Assembly (NCBI GenBank): GCA_030167865.1
Contig: JALAGF010004627.1
Span: forward strand, 1-64,000
Source: Craspedostauros australis
Taxonomy: Eukaryota
Length of the DNA stretch: 64,000 nucleotides
Direction: 5' to 3'
Shown here piece after piece: positions 12,667 through 25,196 of this stretch. The position numbers and the translations under genes are program-made. Each line of letters opens with the position of its first letter. Within the stretch, counting starts at the first letter, position 1. Under the pieces are notes generated by a model. It saw only the letters and a program-made list of their open reading frames with translations. It did not search any database and was not told the origin of the DNA.

Positions 12667-13206
12667 GCAAGATGGCAAGGCCGGGGTGGAGAATGATGGG
12701 TGCTCGTTGGTCGATGGTGCGAGCGCACGAGGCAACGGTCTACCTTGAAACCATTGGAGGTTGCGGTCTCATCTGAAAGTAGTAAAGCCGGATTGGTCAT
12801 CCGAGGCAAGCTATCATACTTGCAGAGCCGGAAACCATTCTCCATAAACCAAGGTTCTCCTCCCCTTCCTCTTCCTCCCTTGCTGTCGGAGACACTACTA
12901 CAATGCTTCGAATTGGCTCATCTTGTGATCATCGTGTTAGCGTCCGGTTGCATGTTCGTGCTCGGGCCAATGAATTGGGTAGATACACGTGCGTAGTCGT
13001 CGTTTACCTCAGCTGCGTGGATGAAACAAACGAAGACATGGAGACATGGGTGACAAGTCAATAGTCGTAAGGATGGAACCAACTCCACCCGAGCAAGGAA
13101 CCGAGCCGTGTACTTCTGAAACTACGAGTATAGAGTATCCTCTACTCGTACTATGCATACTCTACTGTTACTGCGTATATGGGATTCTCCATTTATCACC
13201 GTCGAT

Positions 13207-14163
13207 TCATTTCTTCTTGTTATCGTGGATGACATCGCTGTAGATCAGATCAAAGTTCCGGTTGACGAACCAGGTCGATCTTTTGATGTTGCCAACAAAA
13301 TCGTATCCAGCACGTGCTAAGAGAGTCTTGATGCCCTGATCTTTGCGGGCGTTGGATCCATCTGCTTCTACAAAGATGACGCCGAATTGGTACTCATCGA
13401 AGTTGAGCGACTGCAGGGCCAGCAGCTCGGCTCCTTCCACGTCCAACGAGAAGAAATCAAAGTGATAGGGCTTGCCCACGGCCTCGTGCAGAAGGGTATC
13501 CAATCGACGGCACTTCACGGGCAAGGCATTGTCGATAAGCTCCTTATTCCACCACGTCTTCTTGAAATCTTCGCTGGCGAACTCCAAGAAGCCAGAAACG
13601 GGGGGAGTATGTTTGACCTGCACCCAATGCAAGTCTTTCTCGTCCAGACATACACCTGCGTGGATTCTCGCGATTTCATGGCGACGATTCTTCCGCAACT
13701 TCTCGTAGCTGATGGGATCTGCCTCAATGAGCACGCCCTTCCACTCCAATAGCTTGGAAAATACGTAGGAATTGCTGAACCAGACACCATCGAGGGCACC
13801 CATTTCGATGTAGGAGCCACCACAGAGGTTTTGGAACCAAGTCTCCAAGAGGTACTTGTCTTCTTCTGTTTGTGACTTGAAGAATTCTTCTCGCACACGT
13901 CGGTGGCACAGGGTCGCTCTCGTTTTGAGAAGCGGCGGTTTCACAGGCGGCATCGTCATGGGCGTTGCAAGCCGTGATGGCGGCTCGTAAGGTGGATCAG
14001 AGCGGATACTTTCATATTTTGCGATGGTTGTCTCCTTGGCAGGCTGGACGGGCTGGAGCGGCCTCAGCAGAATGGCAGCAACCAGGATGACTGACAGGAG
14101 CGCAGCCCATTTGCGCGATGGCTTTGCGATTTGCGACAATGATGATCCTTGCACCATCGTCAT
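13207..14163 (-). CDS. FkbM-family SAM-dependent methyltransferase, type II membrane anchored
   Basis: SQTEED, YIEMGALDG..SNS, WKGVLIEA and DFFSLDVEGAE motifs, plus an N-terminal TM helix. Confidence 0.88.
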   Translation of the reverse strand: MTMVQGSSLSQIAKPSRKWAALLSVILVAAILLRPLQPVQPAKETTIAKYESIRSDPPYEPPSRLATPMTMPPVKPPLLKTRATLCHRRVREEFFKSQTEEDKYLLETWFQNLCGGSYIEMGALDGVWFSNSYVFSKLLEWKGVLIEADPISYEKLRKNRRHEIARIHAGVCLDEKDLHWVQVKHTPPVSGFLEFASEDFKKTWWNKELIDNALPVKCRRLDTLLHEAVGKPYHFDFFSLDVEGAELLALQSLNFDEYQFGVIFVEADGSNARKDQGIKTLLARAGYDFVGNIKRSTWFVNRNFDLIYSDVIHDNKKK

Positions 14164-15507
14164 GTTGAATCGGATTGAAGCGGAGATGGGGTGGGGCACT
14201 CGTAGTCGTACGTGTGGTAGATTTGGTCAGGGCTGGGGCAGAGCGGGCCTGGATTTGGCCGATGTTGAGGCGATGCGCCGATGATGGGGATCACCGCGCC
14301 TCGCTGTGTTTTTGGCGGCGTTTCTCATCCGTGTTGTTGTTGGGCGGAGCCAAAACAGAATCGGAAATCTCTCCTGAGTTTCGGATACTTCTGTGACGTG
14401 TGTGAGGCGATGACAGACCACAAGACTGGATTGAAACCATCATTCCCGAATCGGAATTGATGTTTGACACGTCATAGTGACGACAGTATACATATGGTTC
14501 CAATGAGCTACGACATGCGAAGCATCAACATGCTGTTCTCTGCAGCTGTCGTTCACACGGACACCGAAGACACAAAACAGACGAGAACGGCTGCGCACAA
14601 AACCCGAACCGCGCACTCGAACTTGAGAACTGGCGACAACCGACACATCACTGAAAAACGACATCACAAGCCCAGTCCACCAACAACGAATCCAGCCAAC
14701 CCGAGCACAATCCTCCATCCATGTGGCCCACGCACAACGATGGCTGATCTCCCTGTTCAATTGGCGCCTCCTGCTGGAGGCAAACACAATGGGGTGATGG
14801 CAAGGCGCTCAGATCGATAGATCGTGCGACTACTCGTGTCAGCACAGAACAAGCAAACATGCAGAATCTTCGCGACGATCCCCCCACAAAGAAGCACCAC
14901 AAAAGCAAGGAACGTAGCATCGAGAACAGCAGTGAAATCTACGACGACGTCGACAACGACGACGACGACGACGGCTCGAAAGCAACAACTCTATCCGCTC
15001 CCACAAGGGCAGCAACGGCAGAGGGAGCTTGATTTGAAGTTGCGAGCAGAGTGGGACAGCCGCTCCTGCGAACAGACGTTGGGATCTCCCACATCACCCT
15101 GCCACGACACCGACCCCACAGCATCGATAACCTTTTCGTTGTTAGTGGTGATCCTGCTACTACTGCCTTTGGTTTTGTTGATTGTCACGCTCCGTCGACG
15201 AGTGTTCAGACACTGCAGATACGTTGGCAACAAAGGTGCCAGGAACATCGTCTTTCCATCAAAACGGCCAACCTGGAAATCCAACTTCCACTCATTGCTT
15301 CGCCCCCTTGCATCCTATTCCATCGTACCGCAAGAAGCAACCGAATCAGCAGCAGTGTCCGTATCACCATCAGCATCAGCGTTTGCACTGCTACTGCCAA
15401 ATCTATCACGACCGCGACCGCCATCCTCGCCATCAGGAGCGACACAATCAGCAGAATTGGTAGTGGTAGCGACAGCGACAGCGACAGCACGCGTATTTGA
15501 AGTCAAG

Positions 15508-18500
15508 ATGTCAGACGCTCCAAACATGCGCGGGCGCATCGGAAAGAAGCTGCGTTCGTTGACGCCAAATCGAAGACGTCATGGAGAAGCAACTTCAGTT
15601 GCTTCCAAAAAGAGCGGTTCCATAACTCCAAAAGGAAAGCCTCTCCCCGAACCGATCCTTGTGTACCACGAGAGCGCGAGATCCATCGTGTTTCGGAACT
15701 ACGCCAGGAGATCTGCCAGCAACGACTCTCTCGAACGCCACAGCCATATCCATGAGCTCGACTCAACTCCAGAAGAGGCACACGGCACAGCCGACGATAG
15801 CAACGCACAATATCACAAGGCTTCCAGCGACGGCGCCATCCATGATTCCGAGCGCAACCTTTCGCAAGAGCTCAGCGATTTCGCAACCGTCTTCCTCCCG
15901 AACGCTGGCGCCGACTTGGCAAATCTGGAGAAGAACAACGTCCAAGTCCAGGGGTTCCAACCCAACGTCGTCCCGCTGGAGAAACTGGAGCTGGGCCCGC
16001 ACGATGAGTACATTCCGCTTCTCGAGCAGCCTGCCGATGCGCCCATGGCAGAGTGGACCGACGCCGAGAGGGAGGTCATCGGTATGCTGCGCGATCAGCG
16101 CGCTGTGGTGAAGACCATCAAGGACTCCGATTGGACAAACTTCCTCATGAGGTTCCGCTCTTCCGACAAGACCAAGAAGGCCAGCAAACATCCCAACGTC
16201 CATGACGACATTGACCCGCACGAAAAATTCCCATTCAATAGCTTTGTGACATCGACCACCCTGCTTCCCGCCAATGGCAAGAAGATGCGGTGCTACGGTT
16301 CCTTGTTGCATTACAGCACGGGCGTGGTTTTCGCCTTGCCCACCTTCGAGGGAGCGGCAGAAACGGAAGAAGAGGCCGTCCAAAGGACCGAAACGTGGAG
16401 CTGGCCCAGCGGCTATTCCGCAAAGACGGAATTCAACATCGATGGCCGAGGGCAGCTGATCAATGGCCGCAAGGAGGCGCTGGTCTCGCTTGAGCGCTTG
16501 AGGGAATACAATAATGATTTCCTGACGAAAAGAGACTACATCATCGGAGGCCGCACCGTCAGAGGTGGTCTCAAGGTCGTGCCCTACAACGAGGTGTACG
16601 TTCGAGTTGGTGGGCTGGGGCGAATCGTAGCAGAACGTGACGTTGCTACGGGACGAACGTGCGTGGACAAAGATGGCTCTGGCAGGTCGTTGGATCTTGG
16701 CGTGGGCATTCCCGCTGCCCTGTTCGTGCGGTCGGCGTCGTTTGGACACCTCATCTCGCTCTTTCGCACAAGAGCAAGACTTCTGCACATGTTCGGAGAG
16801 AAGCATTGCAAGAACATCCCACTTCTCTTGCTCTCGCCTGATGCCGGCGCTCGTGTTGTGACAGAAGCCATGCAGCATGACATTTTGAAGTTGGCTGCGC
16901 GTTCCCTGAATCCTTTCCAAAATCGTAAGTGCGACAACGTGGCCTCGTCCTTGGGAATCTTTGAGGCTATCATGAATACTCGTACGAATGCTAATATTGC
17001 TGGTACGATGTGCTATTCGAACGCGGCTTCTTTGCGTCGGAGCTGTTTCATATCTCTGCTTCAGTCTGCATTTATGGCCTTCCCTCACCATTGCAACGCT
17101 TTCTCGTGCCGCTTCTTCACTCTCGCATTCGTTCATCCGTCTGTTCATCCATCCGCTCATTCTCCTGATACCTTGCGCATCCTCTCATGATCCACGTTTC
17201 TTCCAGCCGTCATCGCATACGACACCACCATCGAGAATAGCTCGAGCTCCGGTCTTCAAATGAAGCTGGAAGAACTGATTGAGCTTGATGAGACGATCCG
17301 CACCACGCTGACCCTCGAGGAATGTGTCAGACTCGCGGGTGGGTTTGGTGCCACTGACGAGACCGTGGTGGAAGTGCTGAGAGATGCTTTGGTCCAGGAC
17401 AAGTCCTCACAGACTCGGGATGGTGCTCCCAGCTCTCACATGCTGCAGGAGATCGTCAATGAAGGACTTTCCGGAGCTGTGCGTGCCGGGGATTACCACA
17501 CGGCACGGCAGCTACTCATTCTCTACACTTTGGTCGCATCCGAAGGCAACAAATTGGACGAACAGGCACTGGCCAAGCACGACAAGGAGGACCAGGCGAA
17601 AGAGGACGCACAAGATCGGGATGGGAAGAAGAAGAGCAAGAAGTTAGAGTCAAAAAGCTCGTTGGGTTCAGCTGCGGTCATGCTCTCCAGGCAGGGCAGC
17701 TCGATCAGCACGTTCAGCGAGGAAAGCCTCGGGGCGCCATCCCCAGCACCGCCACCGCCACCTTTGGATACGGATCGACTGCGGAGTGCGACGAACTCGG
17801 ATGGGCTTTTGGCAGTGCTCGGGGCTGCTCAGGTGCTGAAGGCAATGAAAGATGGAAGCGCCCAAAAGCGAGCTGATGAAACCATTGTCTCAATCGAAGA
17901 GTGAGTTTCCGGGGCAACGAGTGCCTCTTCGTTGCGAACCTTGTCGGTTCAATTTGGCTTGGGCTTGGGCTTTGCTTGATCTTGGTTCGTTCGTGTCGCT
18001 TACCTGTCTGTGGCATATACTCCCTGTACTTGTTCCCACGCCACTGCGTGTGAGCTCAATCTGTCACCGTTGTTCCTTTCGCGCTCACTCTCGCCGTGTG
18101 CCTACTCTCTGTTTCATCTTCGCCGACCGTCAATGCGAATGCTCCTACCAATGCACTCATATCAACGCCTCGTGCTGCTTGCGCTGCTGCGCATCGATTC
18201 AAAAGATGGATTGAACATGGCGAACAATCCATGGCCTTCCGTCTCGCATCGTGGCGAGACCAACGAGCTGCGCAGGGCGACCTCCGAATCGCCACAGAGA
18301 AGGACAGCAACTTCATGGCGTTTGTCAGCAACAAGGCGATATCCAATCGAAAGGCATTCGCCACGCAGCTGAAGGATGCAGTCGCGAATACGGACTTCAA
18401 AGACGTCAGATTCCTGCACGCCATCCTGCAGATCCTCGGTCAGATGCACTCCCCATGCCTCCGATTGGAGTTGCTACAGTACGTGCTTGGACTGGACAAT

Positions 18501-18581
18501 CGCTACTCCGTTGCACATGTCAAACGATCTGTCGAATTGGCCGCCACGTGCTTGAGCATCGCAACAGCGTGCAGCAGCTAA
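15508..18581 (+). CDS. Uncharacterised protein (~828 aa, 3 exons: 15508-16924, 17207-17900, 18206-18581)
   Basis: GTAAGT..TTCCAG and GTGAGT..AAAG introns join three long ORFs in frame (2487 nt in total). Coding-like composition. Confidence 0.78.
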
Positions 18582-18804
18582 ATTGAACTTTGATCGAGGC
18601 TGAACACGAATCCCGCATAGTGAAGAATTGGTCTAATGTGGACATTGCAAAAATACGTAACATACATACTCGTACGCATAGCACAAGTAGGAATTCATTG
18701 GTGCGTGCATGCTGATGCGTGCATACAGACAGACACATTGTCCCCCAACGCTTCAAATTTCTGAAGAAGTCTATGTTGGGCTGATGGATGGATGGATGGA
18801 TGGA

Positions 18805-21800
18805 TCACTTCAGTGTTGCCCATGCGGCGATGGAGGATCTGATGACATCTTGGGTCACATCAGATCGATGTAATTCGTCTGCGTTGCCTTGCTCTGCCTG
18901 CGACAGGATGGTCGGGTCCATTCTAGATCTGTTTTTGGCAAGTCGCTCATTGTTGGTTGCGCAATGCTGGCCTTCCTGCTCGCCCACGGTTCTCTGGGGG
19001 GATCGGGAGGTTGTTTGAGTCAGCGCGTTCATAATAAAATCAATAGAAGACTCTTCATCCTCTCGTGTCGCAAGGTTGGTGTTAGAGGCATCGATTCCGC
19101 CTTCTCCGATTTGTGATTGTAATTGTGACGATGAACGTGACGACGTCTGCGACGCCTCTATCTGTTTGCCTTCGCGTGGTTCGAACATTTCAGAAATCTC
19201 CACCTCCAAGTGTCCATCGCAAGCAGTGTGCCCAGCAGCTCCCATGGGACGAGCATTTCTGCTGATATCATCATGGGTGCTGCTGCCTTTGGCGGCCGTT
19301 ACAGCTGCTGCATTCAGCACCGTCTGCGCTGATTCCGTGGGGAACTTGTTGTTTGCATCGAAGATAAGCCGAGAACTGAGAGAATAACTTTGAGCGATGG
19401 TATTCACTGGGGCGCTGTCGTCGTGGACAGCATCTTCGGCATGTTCGACATCTCCACGGTCCCCATCAATGGGCACGGCCAACGCCCGGATTCCAACCGC
19501 GAGACCTTCAAAATCTGCTCGTTTTGGCCACAGTTGAGGCGCGTCAACCAATGCGTGGGCCATCAAGTCACCTTGATTCGTTGAAGTCAGCACGCACAGT
19601 GCAGAATTGATGGGTGATGAGACACCCATGGCTCTGCTCTGTTGTGGCGACAGAATTTCTTCAATCGGAACTTCAATGGCAGACAAGCCGGAAATGAATG
19701 ACGTGCTATCAAACAGCTTGGGGATGGGGTACACTGCGGTCGTTGCAACGCTGGATGATTGTTCGAGGTGGCGTAAGTTTGGCGTTGAGATTACTTCGAC
19801 GGGTTCTGTTTGCAGCAGCGGTCTGCTTCTTGGCGACTGGTACAGATGCAGACCGAACGTTGATCGCGACTTGTTCACTGCGAAGATGGCCGAACTGAGA
19901 TACGAGCTTGATCTGGTGGGGGAGTTGGGGTGGATGGGAGAAAATATCGTGCCACCACCACGCAACCCGTTGGTTTGGAATGATGTGAAGTGATCGTCCG
20001 TCGAATGGCCGAGCAACCATGCCGTGACGGGCTTGAACGGCATGCGGCCATCAAATTCCCATACCTTGCCGCCGTCGATGGAGCTGATCCAGAATCGGCT
20101 GTCGGTCCTCCAGTCCGTGTGAATTCCACTGATCGAGAGCATTCCCTCGGTCATCATCTCGTTGGCGCTTGGACTCCATTGGAATGTCGCCTTGTTGCTG
20201 CGCAGATCGATGTGGTACAATCCAGTCCCGTTGCTACTCGCAGATCTTCGATGGACCGGGTCTGCCGACAGAGTCGGTGCGACGAATGATCTCCCAGCGG
20301 CCCAAAGACACATGGGATGCGCTTGTGTGAAGTCCACCAACGTTATTTCTTTCAGATGCTGCATCGTGTGCTTCTTATTGTGCATCGGGCATGCAGCATC
20401 GACTTCATGGATGACATTCCGTACCGTCTTTTGCGTATGACTCACAATCACCAGTTTGGGATCGGTGAAGCTGTTGCCATACTTGGGATGAGCAGCGACA
20501 CACACGGGATGATACGATCCGAAGAGGCTCGTCATGGAGCGAAGGTCAATGCGTTGTGTTTCTTTCATGCTGATGTGGCTGCCGCAGTTTCTGCAACTGC
20601 AAACGCCGACATTGATCCCCATCTCATCATTTGCGCCCTGCGTCACATTGCCATCGTCGTCCATGCTCTCGTCATCAACGCATTGAATTTTCAGCAGACT
20701 GACATGGGTACTTGTGCGAACGGCTACCGTGAGTGATCGATTTTCGACATCCCACGTGCCGCACTGCTTGACTTCAAGAATCGTATCCCCGACATCGACA
20801 GAGGTAATAGAAGTTGAAGCTTCGTGCCTCCGTTCATTGGAATTTGCCGTCTCCTGATTGCAGTTGCGATACTCGGGACGAGCGAAAGGCTGATGGCGGA
20901 AAGTGAACGCCGAGAGTCGCAGTCGCTCTTGGAAGTGCCCACATGCGTGCAGAATGTATCTGCACTTGTCCTTGTGTTGTATTCGGCTGCCATCTGAAGT
21001 ACGAGTATGACATTGGCACGAGATGCACAGGACACAGTTTCCGTATTGCAACGGATCCACATCCGTATCGGGCTGGCTTCGCTTCCAGCCTTTGATGCCT
21101 TCGGTCCATTCGATTTCGTCCCTTTCCCCGTCCATGCAAGTATTGATGTTATCCAACCCGAACGGGGCTAGATACGCTGGATCTGACGTCATCTGCCGCT
21201 GGTGACATATGGGCGTTGCATTCGAAGCCAATCCTGTGCCGTGGCTTGCTTTCAATTCATTTGACTTCGCATATGGAGCATCATAACTGTCCATGTTCTT
21301 GATCATGCGTTCAACGTCGGCGGCACCCCAATCGGTCCTCGTTAGGATAGCAAGGCGGCCGGCTTGTGTGAAGTGGTCCGCATTCGAGTGTTCATAAAGC
21401 GTCCGCGTGGGAACTTCTGGGGACGATGACGATGACGAAGATGATCCTGAGGCTATGGTGTGGGCAGAGGTCGACGAGCTTGGTCTCGCAGGTGGCGTTG
21501 ATCCTGACACGAGCGAAGATGATTCTGATGACGATCGTGCGAGGGATGATTGCGCTCGTGCCTTGCGCTCCGGCTGTATTTCCTCCGGCGTAGCATCGCC
21601 ATTATCACTACGGCGCGATGTGCTGCCTTCGTCTACGGGAGATCCATCCTTCACGGTTTGGCCAGCAGGGACGCAGATCGTTTCTGGTGCTCGCTTTCTA
21701 TTACGGCTCTCAGCATCTTCTCCCGCATCTATGGGCGAACCAGTATTGCCGTCCGCGGTAGCGTCGGCAGGGCCATCCCGCAGCCGACCCTTCTGCCAAT

Positions 21801-22110
21801 GACTCCAGTCCCCCTCCCGCAACACCAGCCGATCTTTGACGAGCCCTTCATCCAACGTGTAGTTCCACTGCGCCTTCAATCGTGTGATCTCGCTGTGCAT
21901 GTGATGGATGGGCATGCCAGCAGTGAAGTTCTCCCTGGGCACCCGCCATGATCTGGCCATCTTTCGTCGCGATTCCTCCCTGTGTGCACCATCATTTCGA
22001 AACAGCACGACCGGTGCGCCCAGTTGCTGGAACGACCTGTGCTCCAGCTTCTCCGCCTCGGAGTCTCCTCCTGTTCCCGATCCGAAGCTTCTCCCTCCGT
22101 ATCCTTGCAT
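18805..22110 (-). CDS. TAF1C/Rrn6-like beta-propeller protein (candidate RNA polymerase I SL1/core factor subunit)
   Basis: Intronless ORF of about 1100 aa. Motifs VAVRTS, HPMCLW, HIDLR, FDGRMPFKPVTAW and TNQGDL recall the TAF1C/Rrn6 signatures (D-x-R-x-P-x-x-P-x-x-x-W and GD). Start approximate. Confidence 0.6.
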   Translation of the reverse strand: MQGYGGRSFGSGTGGDSEAEKLEHRSFQQLGAPVVLFRNDGAHREESRRKMARSWRVPRENFTAGMPIHHMHSEITRLKAQWNYTLDEGLVKDRLVLREGDWSHWQKGRLRDGPADATADGNTGSPIDAGEDAESRNRKRAPETICVPAGQTVKDGSPVDEGSTSRRSDNGDATPEEIQPERKARAQSSLARSSSESSSLVSGSTPPARPSSSTSAHTIASGSSSSSSSSPEVPTRTLYEHSNADHFTQAGRLAILTRTDWGAADVERMIKNMDSYDAPYAKSNELKASHGTGLASNATPICHQRQMTSDPAYLAPFGLDNINTCMDGERDEIEWTEGIKGWKRSQPDTDVDPLQYGNCVLCISCQCHTRTSDGSRIQHKDKCRYILHACGHFQERLRLSAFTFRHQPFARPEYRNCNQETANSNERRHEASTSITSVDVGDTILEVKQCGTWDVENRSLTVAVRTSTHVSLLKIQCVDDESMDDDGNVTQGANDEMGINVGVCSCRNCGSHISMKETQRIDLRSMTSLFGSYHPVCVAAHPKYGNSFTDPKLVIVSHTQKTVRNVIHEVDAACPMHNKKHTMQHLKEITLVDFTQAHPMCLWAAGRSFVAPTLSADPVHRRSASSNGTGLYHIDLRSNKATFQWSPSANEMMTEGMLSISGIHTDWRTDSRFWISSIDGGKVWEFDGRMPFKPVTAWLLGHSTDDHFTSFQTNGLRGGGTIFSPIHPNSPTRSSSYLSSAIFAVNKSRSTFGLHLYQSPRSRPLLQTEPVEVISTPNLRHLEQSSSVATTAVYPIPKLFDSTSFISGLSAIEVPIEEILSPQQSRAMGVSSPINSALCVLTSTNQGDLMAHALVDAPQLWPKRADFEGLAVGIRALAVPIDGDRGDVEHAEDAVHDDSAPVNTIAQSYSLSSRLIFDANNKFPTESAQTVLNAAAVTAAKGSSTHDDISRNARPMGAAGHTACDGHLEVEISEMFEPREGKQIEASQTSSRSSSQLQSQIGEGGIDASNTNLATREDEESSIDFIMNALTQTTSRSPQRTVGEQEGQHCATNNERLAKNRSRMDPTILSQAEQGNADELHRSDVTQDVIRSSIAAWATLK

Positions 22111-22718
22111 GCTTTGGGAACATGCACGGCGCGTCGCAGGTCCCGCGGACGGATCGCAACCAACCCAATCCACCAGACCTCCGCAGCCTCGATTTGTTCT
22201 TTGTGCCTTGAGTTCTTGTGTGTGATGATGGCGACAGGGCACACAGACATCAAACTCTGACAACATGCAAAAAGAGGTGAAATTGTTTGGTGGCAGATTT
22301 TGGCGGGACTCGGCCACATGATTGACTGATTCTTAGTATTGGCAACCTGTGAACTAGACGCTCCATGGTACATGCGCTCTACTCTCCGCAGAGGAGATTG
22401 ATGTGCATCGCTGCTCATGCAATGACTGCAACGTTTCCAACAATCTACACATAGTACGAGTGCATACGTTCCTCAATTCTACTCTACGACTTATTCTACT
22501 CCGCGCGCCCATATGACTTTGCGACTTTGTCATGTCTGTCTTCATGATGAATGTGGACGACATGGAACGAGACTCCTCTGGAGGGAGCCATGCTTTGTCG
22601 CGGGCTGTGGGTGACGACACCCGAAATCACAACTTGGCTGTGAATGCTACAACCTAATGCTGGTAAATGCGAGTGCGGGACTGCTTGTCTCGTGCATCAG
22701 CTTGGCGCCTTGATGGGT

Positions 22719-25196
22719 TCACATCTCGTCTAGTTTGGAGCGCTTCTTCGGTCGTACCCCGCTCAGCAATGCGACGGTGGGGTCGTTGTCCCTGCTCTTC
22801 GCAATACCCATAGCGGTCTCACCTTTGTTGTTCGTGATATCCAAGTCGATTGTCACATGCTGTGCCTTGACCAGTAGACTCGGCACTGCCACTTCATACC
22901 AGCAACTTGCAAGGTGGAGTGGTGTGTTGCCATCGCGATTTTGGATGGTCGCGTCCACAGCCTCCGACTCGATTAGCCACTCCACCATGTTGGCATTTAC
23001 TTTTCTGGCAGCACGGTGCAACGGCGTGTCGCCATCCTTGTTCTGAATGTTCCCGATCGGTAACGCCGACGCGAATAGGCGGCTCATCGAATCCCCAGGT
23101 TCAATACTGAAACCCTGATCCAAATTGTGGTTCGGAACAACCTCCGTCCGCAAGAGGTTGTAGATTTTGGTGATCTTCATTTCATGGTTGATTTGAAAGA
23201 AGCAGTCATCTTCGTGGCAGAGATGTGCTGGAGTGATGCCGTCCTTGTTCTGGATGCTGAGATCAAATTTATCTTTGTGTGACTCGAGCAGGTACTTCAG
23301 AACAGCTCGTGATGGATTCGTGAAAGCAACGTGGAGAGGGGTGTTGCCATCGTTGTCCTGGACATTGATATGCATCTTCACTTCGTCGGAGTCGAGCAGT
23401 GTCTTGACAGCTCCGTGTGTGTCGGCCATGCACGCGAGGTGAAGCGGTGTCCGTCCATCTTTCGTTGGGAGGTTGGCGTTCAGATTGATTTGATCAGACT
23501 CAATCAAAAACTTGACTGCCTCTTCAATCCCCAATCTGCAGGCGATATGCAACACCGACTCGCCGTCATTGTTGCGGATATCACCATCGATGGCACCGGC
23601 GGCGCACTGGAGGAGATCGAACATACCATAGTCGTGCCTTTCCTTGAGGGAAAGGTGAAGTATCGTGTCACCGTTCTTGTTTTGGATGGTGAAGTCCAGA
23701 TAGTCCACTCCCGACTCGCCCAGCCACTCGAAGACTTGCTCGCTTTCTTTGATAACTGCAACATGTAGCGGCGTGTTGCCATCATTGTTTTGCAGACTCA
23801 TGCCGACCTTGCTTCCATCTGACTCAAGTAGGTACTCAAGTAAGCCCAAAAAATCGGAAGAGCACGCAATGTGAAATGCCGTGTCGCCGTTCTTGTTCTT
23901 GAAGTAGATCCCATCTTCCACAAACCCTGATTCGACGAGGTATCTGATGACGTCGACATTGAAGCTCCTGCATGCGACATGAAATGGTGCATGGCCATGC
24001 ACATTCGTCACTTCCAAATCAATCGCGGTTTTCTTGGACTCGAGGAGGTATCGGATCAGATCAATGCCTCCAGACCTGCAGGCACAGTGAAATGGCGTCT
24101 CACCGTCTTTGTTCTGAATGCCGAATGCAACCTTGATTTTCTCCAATGTTACCAAGCGTCGCATCACGTCCAGGAACCCGTGTCGGCACAAAGTATGAAG
24201 TGGGGTATCTTGTTCCCTGTTGTCTTGCAAAGTGACATCGATGGCGTTTGGATACATTTCGGCCAGATACAGGGCCACGTCTTGACGCCAATTCGTGCAA
24301 GCGCAATGAAACGGCGTTTCCCCTGCCCCGTTCCTGCAGGAGAGATCCACCTTCACTTTGTCCCACTTCACCATGAGCTCAACCAGTTGTCTGGAGGCGT
24401 TTCCGCAGGCCAGATGAAACGGAGTATCACCTTGTTCGTCTCGGACGTTGGGATCAATGTCGATTCGATCCGATTGAAGCAAAAGTTCCATCGTGCCATT
24501 GGTGGAGGTGAGGCAAGCATGGTGGAGTGGTGTCCGTCCGTAGTCGTCCCGAACGTTCGGGTCGATGCTGACGCCGTCTGCGTTGATCATGCACTCCAAG
24601 ATGCGCGAATTGTGACATTTGCAGGCATGATGGAGCGGCGTCATCCCCCACCTGCCCGCTGAATTGCAAATGGTCTTGGTTGGATCGATTTCCACGAGGC
24701 GCTTCACCACGGGGAAGTCTTGCCTGAAGCAGGCAACGTGAATCGCTTGATCGCCATGATGGTCCCGCAGGAGCTGATCGACGTTGATTCCATCTGTTTG
24801 CAGCACGTATTCGGCCACGGCAACAGATCTATGCATACAGGCATAATGCAGGAGTGTCCGTCCGTACTTGTCCTGCATGTTGACGTCGGCCTGCCCGCGA
24901 GTTGATTCGATCACGTATTTCACCATGTCCACATCCCTCTTGCAGCAGGCGAGCATAAGTGGCGTCATCCCCTGCGTATTGGTTGCGTTCACATCGTCAC
25001 TCCTCTGATGTGTCTCGATCAAGTACTTGATGACAGCAATTGAATCGCCGAGACAGGCACTGTGCAGAGCTGTGCCGCCCGAAACGTCTCGCGCATTCAG
25101 GAGATCGCTGGCGTGATCTGATTCCAGCATTGACCGGACCGTCTCAAGGTCGCCTTGCTGACATGCATCGTGCAGATTCTGGACGAGTTCTGACAT
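22719..25196 (-). CDS. Ankyrin-repeat protein (~825 aa, about 20 repeats) with a C-terminal basic NLS-like motif
   Basis: Repeated G-x-TPLH/TPFH-x-AC units. Ends in RPKKRSKL. Confidence 0.92.
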   Translation of the reverse strand: MSELVQNLHDACQQGDLETVRSMLESDHASDLLNARDVSGGTALHSACLGDSIAVIKYLIETHQRSDDVNATNTQGMTPLMLACCKRDVDMVKYVIESTRGQADVNMQDKYGRTLLHYACMHRSVAVAEYVLQTDGINVDQLLRDHHGDQAIHVACFRQDFPVVKRLVEIDPTKTICNSAGRWGMTPLHHACKCHNSRILECMINADGVSIDPNVRDDYGRTPLHHACLTSTNGTMELLLQSDRIDIDPNVRDEQGDTPFHLACGNASRQLVELMVKWDKVKVDLSCRNGAGETPFHCACTNWRQDVALYLAEMYPNAIDVTLQDNREQDTPLHTLCRHGFLDVMRRLVTLEKIKVAFGIQNKDGETPFHCACRSGGIDLIRYLLESKKTAIDLEVTNVHGHAPFHVACRSFNVDVIRYLVESGFVEDGIYFKNKNGDTAFHIACSSDFLGLLEYLLESDGSKVGMSLQNNDGNTPLHVAVIKESEQVFEWLGESGVDYLDFTIQNKNGDTILHLSLKERHDYGMFDLLQCAAGAIDGDIRNNDGESVLHIACRLGIEEAVKFLIESDQINLNANLPTKDGRTPLHLACMADTHGAVKTLLDSDEVKMHINVQDNDGNTPLHVAFTNPSRAVLKYLLESHKDKFDLSIQNKDGITPAHLCHEDDCFFQINHEMKITKIYNLLRTEVVPNHNLDQGFSIEPGDSMSRLFASALPIGNIQNKDGDTPLHRAARKVNANMVEWLIESEAVDATIQNRDGNTPLHLASCWYEVAVPSLLVKAQHVTIDLDITNNKGETAMGIAKSRDNDPTVALLSGVRPKKRSKLDEM

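Noticed and set aside
14824-15507. 228-codon in-frame extension upstream of the unknown protein
   Set aside because: No in-frame ATG and low-complexity UTR-like sequence. The start at 15508 is more plausible.
15763-17160. 465-aa antisense ORF and similar shadow ORFs across the window
   Set aside because: Antisense shadows of GC3-rich real genes.
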